Shown: piece by piece, positions 1 to 6,966 of the stretch | Position numbering within the stretch: position 1 is the stretch's first letter | How the letters are laid out: each line of letters opens with the position of its first letter | Source: Thermodesulfobacteriota bacterium | Lineage (GTDB): Bacteria; Desulfobacterota_D; UBA1144; Nemesobacterales; N074bin48 | Direction of reading: 5' to 3' | Assembly (NCBI GenBank): GCA_041572575.1 | Contig: JBFFSH010000086.1 | Location: 1-10,636 of the forward strand | Length of the DNA stretch: 10,636 nucleotides | Translations under genes and position numbers: made by a program | The notes under the pieces: generated by a model | Told to the model about the DNA's origin: nothing | The model's input: only the letters and a program-made list of their open reading frames with translations | Database searches by the model: none

Positions 1-216
1 AGTTTCTGCCATAAAATGCACACCACAAAATACTATAATATCAGCATCTGTCCTGCCAGCCTGCTGAGAAAGACCCAGTGAATCGCCTACAAAGTCCGCT
101 ATATCCTGTACATCCGGTATTTGGTAGTTATGTGCAAGGATAACGGCGTTTTTTTCTTTTCTGAGTCTGTCTATTTCGGCAATAATATCGGCTTTATTTT
201 CCATCTCTTGTACCAT
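1..216 (-). CDS. nadA: Quinolinate synthase A, N-terminal part (runs off the left edge of the window)
   Basis: Not in the ORF track; translated by hand as [72 protein letters not shown]. Contains the NadA signatures ILAHNYQ, DFVGDSL and [10 protein letters not shown]. Lies directly downstream of nadC. Start is ATG at 216 or 204. Confidence 0.96.
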   Translation of the reverse strand, partial: MVQEMENKADIIAEIDRLRKEKNAVILAHNYQIPDVQDIADFVGDSLGLSQQAGRTDADIIVFCGVHFMAET

Positions 217-233
217 TAATTGTAATATAACAA

Positions 234-1082
234 CTACTCTAGAACATACAACCCAATATCGAGTGATATTGCAGAATGAGTAAGTGCTCCCACTGAAATA
301 TAGTCCACACCGGTCTTGGCATATTGCTTTATATTATTAATATTGATCCCACCCGATGCTTCTGTTTTAGCTTTCCCATCTATTATTTCAAGTGCTTTTT
401 TGATTTTATCAGGTGACATATTATCCAGCATAATTATATCAACCCCGGATTTTAATGCTTCACGAACCTCTCTAAAATTACTCGTTTCCACTTCGATTGT
501 TTTATTTTTATTTTTTGCCCTCGCTTTTTCAACAGCTTTTTCAATGTCTCCGGCTATAGTTATATGGTTGTTCTTTATAAGTACTGCATCAAAGAGTCCA
601 AACCTGTGGTTATAACAGCCTCCTACTGTAACTGCATATTTCTGAAGTATTCTAAGCCCGGGCGTTGTCTTCCGCGTGTCCAGAATTTTAACTCCAGTTC
701 CTTTTGTTTTTTCTACAAATCTGCTTGATAATGTAGCTATACCTGAGAGTCGCTGCAGTAAGTTAAGAGCCAGCCTTTCACCTGTTAACACCGCCCTAAC
801 AGAGCCTCTGATCTCAGCGATTATATCACCAGGTTTTATTGCATCGCCATCCTTCTTTATCGGGATGTATTTTGTTTTGGGATCGAGCTTTTTAAATACA
901 AGCTCCGCTACTGGGTTTCCGGCAACTACTCCTCTGTCTTTTGACTTTATAACAGCTACACATTTGAGCTTGTCATTTACAATTGAATTGGTAGTAATAT
1001 CGCCTCTGCCTATATCTTCCTTGAGAGATAGATTTACAATCTTTTCAACTGCTTTTAGGTCTAATAGTATCTGGTCTATCAA
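234..1082 (-). CDS. nadC: Nicotinate-nucleotide diphosphorylase (carboxylating), quinolinate phosphoribosyltransferase
   Basis: Motifs [72 protein letters not shown] start. Adjacent to nadA. Confidence 0.97.
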   Translation of the reverse strand: MIDQILLDLKAVEKIVNLSLKEDIGRGDITTNSIVNDKLKCVAVIKSKDRGVVAGNPVAELVFKKLDPKTKYIPIKKDGDAIKPGDIIAEIRGSVRAVLTGERLALNLLQRLSGIATLSSRFVEKTKGTGVKILDTRKTTPGLRILQKYAVTVGGCYNHRFGLFDAVLIKNNHITIAGDIEKAVEKARAKNKNKTIEVETSNFREVREALKSGVDIIMLDNMSPDKIKKALEIIDGKAKTEASGGININNIKQYAKTGVDYISVGALTHSAISLDIGLYVLE

Positions 1083-1177
1083 TTTATTATTATTTATCCT
1101 AAAGACGTTTTAGTTATCTAATATTACAGCAGATATTAAAGATTCAAATTAATATTAATTCTATTAATATATCTCTC

Positions 1178-1205
1178 TTGATTCATCTCAAAAACCATTT
1201 AACAT
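1178..1205 (+). promoter_or_regulatory. Putative sigma70 promoter for apgM (TTGATT-N16-TAACAT), predicting a leaderless transcript
   Basis: TTGATT at 1178-1183 and TAACAT at 1200-1205, followed by 7 nt and the ATG at 1213. No Shine-Dalgarno is visible. Confidence 0.45.
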
Positions 1206-1212
1206 CTGCTCT

Positions 1213-2418
1213 ATGAAATATGTAATATTACAGGGCGATGGTATGCCCGACCACAAGCTTGCTGAACTTGGCGGAAAGACACCACTGGAAGTAGCAGATA
1301 CGCCAAATCTTGATTACATTGCTAAATATGCAGGAACATTCGGGATGGTTAAGACTATTCCCGATAACTATCCACCCGGAAGTGACGTGGGTAACCTCAC
1401 TGTACTTGGCTACGATCCGAAAAAATACTACACCGGCAGATCCCCACTTGAAGCTGCAAGTATAGGTGTTGAGCTTAAACCAACAGATGTAACCCTAAGG
1501 TGCAACCTAGTAACACTCTCAGGAAATACCGGCTCAGAAATCATGGAAGACTACAGTGCGGGGCATATTACCACTGAAGAGGCGCACGAAATAATTAAAG
1601 ATATTAAAGCAGAGTTGGATGGTGACGGTTTTACATTCCATCCGGGAATAAGCTACAGACATCTACTTGTCTGGTCAGATGGAAACAAGGATGTTATTAC
1701 AACTCCGCCACATGATATTTCAGGAAAGAAAATTAGTCCCCACATTCCCGTAGGTCAGGGTGCTGATCTCTTATTAGAATTAATCAAAAAGTCACAAGAT
1801 GTTTTGAAAGATCATCCTGTAAACAATAAGAGGATTGAGCAAGGACAAAATCCTGTTACAAGCATCTGGCTCTGGGGACAGGGGACCGCACCCGCTATGC
1901 CAAGCTTTAAAGAGCTTTATGGACTCTCGGGTTCGGTAATTTCTGCAGTAGATCTTGTAAAAGGTATTGGACATTATGCCAAGCTGGATGTGATTGATGT
2001 TCCGGGTGCCACGGGGTATCTGGATACAAACTATGAGGGAAAGGTGGAATATGCACTAAATTCTCTAAAAAATGTTGACATTACTATGATACATATTGAA
2101 TCCACAGATGAAACGGGCCATGTGGGTGATGCAAAGTTAAAAATTCAGGCAGTAGAAGATTTTGATAAACGTGTTGTAGCTCATGTTTTAGAAGGCATAA
2201 AAAAATTTGGAGACTACAGGATTTTAGTGATGTCTGATCATCCGACTCCAATTGATATAAGAACCCATACCAGCGATCCGGTTCCTTTTGCGATATTAAG
2301 CTCAGATGATACAGAAATCAGAAATGATAGTTATGTTTACACAGAAGACTGTGCCGCAAGTACCGGCGAGTTTGAAGACGAAGGATGGAAACTTCTGGGC
2401 AGATTGATTGGTAAATAG
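1213..2418 (+). CDS. apgM: Cofactor-independent phosphoglycerate mutase, ApgM (archaeal-type) family, alkaline phosphatase superfamily
   Basis: Motifs GDGMPD, GKTPLEVADTPNLD, PGSDVGN (catalytic Ser), YTGRSPLEAAS, DYSAGHI, SYRHL, TTPPHD, WLWGQG, ISAVDL, GATGYLDTNY, DETGH, SDHPTP, HTSDPVPF. Confidence 0.93.
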   Translation: MKYVILQGDGMPDHKLAELGGKTPLEVADTPNLDYIAKYAGTFGMVKTIPDNYPPGSDVGNLTVLGYDPKKYYTGRSPLEAASIGVELKPTDVTLRCNLVTLSGNTGSEIMEDYSAGHITTEEAHEIIKDIKAELDGDGFTFHPGISYRHLLVWSDGNKDVITTPPHDISGKKISPHIPVGQGADLLLELIKKSQDVLKDHPVNNKRIEQGQNPVTSIWLWGQGTAPAMPSFKELYGLSGSVISAVDLVKGIGHYAKLDVIDVPGATGYLDTNYEGKVEYALNSLKNVDITMIHIESTDETGHVGDAKLKIQAVEDFDKRVVAHVLEGIKKFGDYRILVMSDHPTPIDIRTHTSDPVPFAILSSDDTEIRNDSYVYTEDCAASTGEFEDEGWKLLGRLIGK

Positions 2419-2441
2419 ATCTTTTATGCTGCTTTAACAAT

Positions 2442-2963
2442 TCAGACTAATAAATCTTTTTTCTTATTAGAGTTCAAACCATCTCTTTCAGCAAGGCTAA
2501 GCAGTATATGAAGCTCGTTTTCAGCAGACTTTCGCACCTTATCCATTGCAGCTTTTATAGCCTGATAGTTATCCTGAAATTCATTGTCCTTTAAGTCTTC
2601 CAGTACTTTAGCGCCAAGTTTTTGGACTTCTTGGGTAGAAATATCACCTGACTGTACTCTTATTTCTCCCATGGTTTTTAGTTTTGGCAGAAAATATTCA
2701 TAAATCCTGTTATCCACAAAATTTTCTATAAATAGATATGCAGAGGCGAGTGTGGCAATTGCGCTGTCATTATCTTTAAGCAATAATAAAGTTGCAAGCG
2801 ATCTCTTAATGGTCTTTTTGGGTGTTCCAAGCTCAGTCTCAGATCTTATACCAAGTAAGTTTATTGAATTAGAATCCGTTTCTAAAACCTTGCCAAATTC
2901 TTTAACTACATTCCATAACCTCTCATAATTTGCATCGCGTCTTTGCTGTGTTAGTGAGCTCAT
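2442..2963 (-). CDS. Hypothetical protein, 173 aa, soluble and predicted helical
   Basis: ATG start 12 nt after the mazG stop with GGGA upstream. Fills the gap between mazG and the convergent apgM. No family recognised. Confidence 0.75.
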   Translation of the reverse strand: MSSLTQQRRDANYERLWNVVKEFGKVLETDSNSINLLGIRSETELGTPKKTIKRSLATLLLLKDNDSAIATLASAYLFIENFVDNRIYEYFLPKLKTMGEIRVQSGDISTQEVQKLGAKVLEDLKDNEFQDNYQAIKAAMDKVRKSAENELHILLSLAERDGLNSNKKKDLLV

Positions 2964-2975
2964 TTTAATATCCCG

Positions 2976-3740
2976 TTAGTCTGATTTTATTTCATTCCAA
3001 ATACTGTCCATTTCTCCAAGCGAAAGTTCAGATAACTGTTTTCCCTGTTGTTTGGCCTTTTCTTCAATCCTTGAAAACCTGGAAATGAATTTGTTTACTG
3101 CCTGATGAGCAGAACTTTCCCCATCGATTTTCAAGTGCCTGCCAAGATTTACCAGAGTAAATATAAGGTCTCCCCACTCCTGCTCTATTCCCTCAGCATC
3201 TCCCTTTTTTATCTCTACTTTTAGTTCATTTAATTCTTCATCTACTTTTTGCAAAACATCGTGGGAGTCCTGCCAGTCAAAGCCTACATTTGAAGCTTTT
3301 TCACCAACCCTCTGTGCTCTTAGAAGAGCGGGCATATCTCTTGGAATTTCAAGCAGTGTTCTTTTTCTCTTTTTTTCTTTTAATTTTTGTGTCTGCCAGC
3401 TTTTAACTGCTTCCTCTGCATTTTTAGCCTTTTTTTCACCAAAAACATGAGGATGTCTTCTTATAAGCTTGTTATGAAGACTATTAATTATAACATCAAT
3501 ATCAAATTTCTTCTCCTCCTGGCCTATCTGTGCAGCAAATATCACCTGAAAAAACAGGTCTCCAAGCTCTTCGGTTATCTCATCTACATCCTCTGATTCA
3601 ATTGCCTGAACAGCTTCATAAGCCTCTTCAATGATATAGGATTTCAGCTTTTGTAAATCCTGCTCTTTGTCCCAGGGACATCCTTCAGGGCTTCTGAGGT
3701 ATCTTGCAAGCTCCACCAGATCTTCAAATTTTTTGCTCAT
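2976..3740 (-). CDS. mazG: Nucleoside triphosphate pyrophosphohydrolase MazG (tandem-domain type)
   Basis: Motifs LRSPEGCPWDKEQ, IEEAYE, EELGDLFFQVIF, KLIRRHPHVFG, PALLRA, GFDW, EELNEL, EWGDLIF, KFISRF. ATGA overlap with the upstream hydrolase stop at 3737-3740. Confidence 0.96.
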   Translation of the reverse strand: MSKKFEDLVELARYLRSPEGCPWDKEQDLQKLKSYIIEEAYEAVQAIESEDVDEITEELGDLFFQVIFAAQIGQEEKKFDIDVIINSLHNKLIRRHPHVFGEKKAKNAEEAVKSWQTQKLKEKKRKRTLLEIPRDMPALLRAQRVGEKASNVGFDWQDSHDVLQKVDEELNELKVEIKKGDAEGIEQEWGDLIFTLVNLGRHLKIDGESSAHQAVNKFISRFSRIEEKAKQQGKQLSELSLGEMDSIWNEIKSD

Positions 3741-4687
3741 AAATTCCTGACTTTCCTGCCTCCAAGAGTAATCTCCTTTATCTTCATAGTCTTATCAAAC
3801 ACATATCTAAGTGTAAATGGTGTCCTTCTTGAGAGCATCCTGAACCTTAAATCAACAATTTCGACAATATGCTCATCTCCGCTCCTAAGATATTTGGCAA
3901 CAGGAAAATCAGCAAACCAGAAATACAGTTTAGCTACCCTGTGATCCCTAGCGGCATCTACAAAACCATTTACATCAGATTTTGAAAATGATTCAAAGAT
4001 AAGAGAATCCTTGGAGAGTGAAGAAACTTGTGCCCTGTAAAAGCTGTCTTTGGTTTCTACCACCCCAAGCCAGTAAAATGGGGCTAGGGGTCTTGGATAA
4101 ATGTCGAGTTTTTCTACCTGCGTGTTATGTGTTTTAGTATATTCAATAATCCTGTTTTTGTTGTGTTCTTTTACAAAATAACAAGTCATCAGATAAGAGC
4201 TTAGAAACAAAAATATGATAACCGATGTTTTAAATGCTAATGCTCTTTTTTTATAGGAGACGATCAGGCCCGCAATCACTGGAAGTGTAATAAACGGATC
4301 GAGAATAAAAACCAGATTCCAATTATATCTTTTAATACTTATGGGATCGAAAGCAACCGTTCCATATGCTGTTATCAGGTCAAAAAATATGTGTGAATAC
4401 ATTCCTAGAAGCACCATGGGGTATATCTTTTTGTATTCACGGGTTTTAAAAATAAGAGTTGTAATGTATGTAACCAAGATTGAAAAAAGTGGTACAGCTA
4501 ATAATGAATGAGTAATCCCGCGGTGATAGCGCATTGTAAAATCAGGCCCTAAAATAGCCACTATTACATCAATATCCGGAAAAATGGATCCAAATAGAAA
4601 AGAATAGGTCGCAATTTTTCCAAATTTTTGGTAGTAGCCGGTTTTTGAACCAAGGCTTCCTATAAGTCCGTGAGTAATTGTATCCAA
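3737..4687 (-). CDS. Membrane-bound metal-dependent hydrolase (YdjM/YfhP-like, 'LexA-binding inner membrane-associated putative hydrolase' family)
   Basis: Family motifs MDTITH, PDID, HRGITHS, SHIFFD and ILDP, with several hydrophobic segments and a soluble C-terminal domain. TTG start 3 nt after the peptidase stop. Confidence 0.88.
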   Translation of the reverse strand: MDTITHGLIGSLGSKTGYYQKFGKIATYSFLFGSIFPDIDVIVAILGPDFTMRYHRGITHSLLAVPLFSILVTYITTLIFKTREYKKIYPMVLLGMYSHIFFDLITAYGTVAFDPISIKRYNWNLVFILDPFITLPVIAGLIVSYKKRALAFKTSVIIFLFLSSYLMTCYFVKEHNKNRIIEYTKTHNTQVEKLDIYPRPLAPFYWLGVVETKDSFYRAQVSSLSKDSLIFESFSKSDVNGFVDAARDHRVAKLYFWFADFPVAKYLRSGDEHIVEIVDLRFRMLSRRTPFTLRYVFDKTMKIKEITLGGRKVRNL

Positions 4688-4690
4688 AAT

Positions 4691-5815
4691 CTAAACCTGA
4701 AATTTTTTGGGAAATTTACTTAATACTTCACACCCAGTTCTAGTAACCAGGACAACATCCTCTATCCTAATACCGCCTAGTTTTTCATAATAAAGCCCTG
4801 GTTCTACAGTTACCACATTTCCAGCCTCGAGAACGTCATCTCCTTTACTAACTCTCGGAAGTTCGTGTATTTCAAGCCCAAGTCCGTGACCTGTGGAATG
4901 GATAAACCCCTGTTGCTTTCCGTCAATAACTGCTGTTTTGAAACCGCTTTTATCAAAATAATCCACAATAGCATTATGAACATCTTTTGAATTTACACCG
5001 TGCTTTATCATATCTATACCGATTTTTTGTCCTTTGAGCACTACGCTGTACATTTTTTTTAATTCTTTAGATGGCTCTCCCTTGATAATGGTGCGTGTCA
5101 TATCACCAAAATAGCCGGTCTTTTGAGACCTGGGGAATATATCTATCACTACTGGAGTGCCTGATATTATAGGGCCTGAGCCCGAATGATGGGGCATAGA
5201 ACCCTGAACTCCCGATGCCACAATAGTATGAGAAGCTGTGTAGCCATGTTTTGATAGAAATGAGTTAATTTCTCCCTGAATAAATTCAGAAGTCAGAACT
5301 TTACCATTGAAATAAAGCCTGTTCTTCTTAGCTTTCGACAGACTTATAATATTAACAGCCACCCTCATTGCATCAGCAGTCCACTTAAGTGACTGTTTTA
5401 ATGAAGCAACTTCATGTGGATGTTTTTTTAATCTGCCCTCAAAAAAAGGCTCTGATTTTTTAGGGACTATCTTATAGCCTAATTTTCTTAATTGATCTGC
5501 ATATTTGATTGGAAATCTACCAGGTACTTCTGCACTTTTTATCTTTCGTTCTTTAAAAATCAGATCTACTATATCAGCAAAACCTGCTTTTTTTCTCTTA
5601 GCTGCAGGAATTTTTTTTATATATTCAGAAAACGATATTATTTTATCTACCGTGGCTTCTTCCCTGCCCCTATCTATCTCCAGATCACTTAGAACCAATA
5701 TTTTCTTGCGTTTATGTTCTATGTATATGCATGGGTCGGGTACAAAGAAACGAGTTTTATAAAATAGGTCTGCATTGCCTTCAGATGTATCTATTATTAA
5801 ATAAGCTTTATTCAT
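4691..5815 (-). CDS. Xaa-Pro aminopeptidase/dipeptidase, peptidase M24 family
   Basis: All pita-bread fold metal ligands are present: VIDIFP, GDMTRT, HSTGHGLGLEIHE, TVEPGLY, GIRIED. Creatinase-like N-terminal domain. ATG at 5815 (MNKAY) preferred over the TTG at 5842. Confidence 0.93.
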   Translation of the reverse strand: MNKAYLIIDTSEGNADLFYKTRFFVPDPCIYIEHKRKKILVLSDLEIDRGREEATVDKIISFSEYIKKIPAAKRKKAGFADIVDLIFKERKIKSAEVPGRFPIKYADQLRKLGYKIVPKKSEPFFEGRLKKHPHEVASLKQSLKWTADAMRVAVNIISLSKAKKNRLYFNGKVLTSEFIQGEINSFLSKHGYTASHTIVASGVQGSMPHHSGSGPIISGTPVVIDIFPRSQKTGYFGDMTRTIIKGEPSKELKKMYSVVLKGQKIGIDMIKHGVNSKDVHNAIVDYFDKSGFKTAVIDGKQQGFIHSTGHGLGLEIHELPRVSKGDDVLEAGNVVTVEPGLYYEKLGGIRIEDVVLVTRTGCEVLSKFPKKFQV

Positions 5816-5998
5816 GATATTTACTTTAGTTATTAACAGCAATATAATTACATTAAGTTACAAAGATATCATAATTAATTTCATATCAAATTAATTGTAC
5901 AAATAACAAAAAATATTTTAAAAAACTCGTAAATTTATGAAACTAAATACTGCATTGTATAAAATTAACCGTAGCACTAAAATTTTACTAAATATTTG

Positions 5999-6006
5999 GG
6001 GGACAG
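5999..6006 (+). repeat. GGGGACAG motif matching the GGGG-W-S-A-S terminal motif associated with inverted-repeat-flanked Y1 tyrosine transposase genes; solo left-end remnant
   Basis: The only G-run in a very AT-rich intergenic region, 40 nt upstream of the Y1-transposase homolog ATG. No inverted copy seen downstream of the gene. Confidence 0.4.
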
Positions 6007-6028
6007 TTTTTATTTATTAAAAAATATC

Positions 6029-6037
6029 TGATAAAAT
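6029..6037 (+). promoter_or_regulatory. Putative extended -10 promoter (TGaTAAAAT) for the RAYT-like gene
   Basis: TG at 6029-6030 and TAAAAT at 6032-6037, 9 nt before the ATG at 6047. An overlapping TATACT lies at 6037-6042. Confidence 0.4.
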
Positions 6038-6046
6038 ATACTCAGT

Positions 6047-6895
6047 ATGGCAAGACCTGTAAGATTAGAATTCAAAAATGCAGTTTACTTTATTAGTTCA
6101 AAATCAAGCGGCAGAAAACACATTGTAAAAGATGATGCTGACCGTCAAACATTTCTTGACACACTGGAATATGTTGTCAACAGATACCGCTGGAAATGTC
6201 ATGCATACTGTATAGGAAATACCGAATATAACATCGCAATAGAGACCCCCAGGGGAAACCTATCTGTCGGTATGCGACAATTAAACGGTATTTATACCCA
6301 GAAATTTAACAGAAAAAACAAAAAAAGCGGTAATGTGTTTCAGGGAAGATTTAAGGCTGTAGTTGTACAAAAAGATAAATATTTGCTCGATATATGCAGA
6401 CACGTAGTCACATTATCTCAAAGAGAAGGTATAACAAACAACATAAACACCTTCAAATGGAGCAGTTACAGAGCAACTTCTGGTACCGTAGATGTTCCCG
6501 AATTTTTACATGTTGAATGGATACACTCCCAGTTTGCTAAAAGAACCAAAAATGCCCAGGATAAATACAGGGATTACATTAAAGGTGCCAATAAAGCAGA
6601 AAATCCGCTTGATAGCGTAAGAGGACAGATACTTCTTGGAGATGAGCAATTTATTGAGCAGATGACCCTTATGCTCATTAAAGGCAGAAATAAAGAAGAT
6701 GTTCCTAAATGGCAAAGACATATAAAAAGACCTCCACTTGAAGAAATATTTAAAGGAATCGAAACTAAATCTGCAAAACAGAGAAATAAAAAAGTGAAAG
6801 AAGCTCATGGCAAACACGGATACACTCTAAAGGACATAGGACAGTATCTAGGGCTTCATTACACTTCTATAAGCAGAATAATTAACAGTATTTAA
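6047..6895 (+). CDS. REP-associated tyrosine transposase (RAYT)/IS200-like Y1_Tnp homolog with C-terminal HTH; catalytic residues substituted, predicted nuclease-dead
   Basis: Family scaffold motifs MARPVRLEF, DDADRQTFL, CHAYC, ETPRGNLSVGMRQLNGIYTQKFNR, VFQGRFKA, WSSYRAT, ILLGDEQF and C-terminal GYTLKDIGQYLGLHYTSISRII (HTH). The HUH position reads NTEYN and the catalytic Tyr/NP region reads RHVVTLSQREG. Confidence 0.9.
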   Translation: MARPVRLEFKNAVYFISSKSSGRKHIVKDDADRQTFLDTLEYVVNRYRWKCHAYCIGNTEYNIAIETPRGNLSVGMRQLNGIYTQKFNRKNKKSGNVFQGRFKAVVVQKDKYLLDICRHVVTLSQREGITNNINTFKWSSYRATSGTVDVPEFLHVEWIHSQFAKRTKNAQDKYRDYIKGANKAENPLDSVRGQILLGDEQFIEQMTLMLIKGRNKEDVPKWQRHIKRPPLEEIFKGIETKSAKQRNKKVKEAHGKHGYTLKDIGQYLGLHYTSISRIINSI

Positions 6896-6910
6896 GTAGG
6901 GTCTTATAAT
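6882..6910 (+). promoter_or_regulatory. Near-consensus sigma70 promoter for pyrD (TTAACA-N17-TATAAT)
   Basis: -35 TTAACA at 6882-6887 (5/6 match, inside the last codons of the upstream gene), 17-nt spacer, perfect -10 TATAAT at 6905-6910. Confidence 0.6.
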
Positions 6911-6939
6911 TCTTTAATCTTTTTATCTGATTTTTTTTC

Positions 6940-6964
6940 ATTTACAGATATCCTTTCTGTAAAT
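6940..6964. repeat. 9-bp perfect inverted repeat ATTTACAGA-N7-TCTGTAAAT immediately before the pyrD start
   Basis: Arms at 6940-6948 and 6956-6964, loop TATCCTT. Ends 2 nt before the ATG at 6967. Confidence 0.7.
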
Positions 6965-6966
6965 TC

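Noticed and set aside
562..590. NadC motif reads LIKNNH instead of the usual LIKDNH/LIKENH
   Set aside because: A single substitution with the catalytic Lys and all other motifs intact; no reason to infer altered function.
316..1113. Plus-strand ORFs 316..615 and 676..1113
   Set aside because: Antisense shadows of nadC with no recognisable motifs.
1792..5762. Small ORFs 1792..1974, 3387..3596, 5492..5692 and 5505..5762
   Set aside because: All lie fully antisense within well-supported genes (apgM, mazG, M24 peptidase) and have no independent coding evidence.
6047..6895. Calling the transposase homolog a pseudogene
   Set aside because: No stop or frameshift, full length including the HTH, plausible promoter, and changes are concentrated at catalytic positions.
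6896..6903. GTAGGGTC right after the stop codon as a GTAG-tagged REP
   Set aside because: No palindrome follows the GTAG and there is no second copy.
5999..6964. An active IS200/IS605 element or REP/RAYT locus
   Set aside because: Catalytic residues are absent, there is no tnpB, and I see no paired terminal repeats, GC-rich subterminal hairpins or REP arrays.
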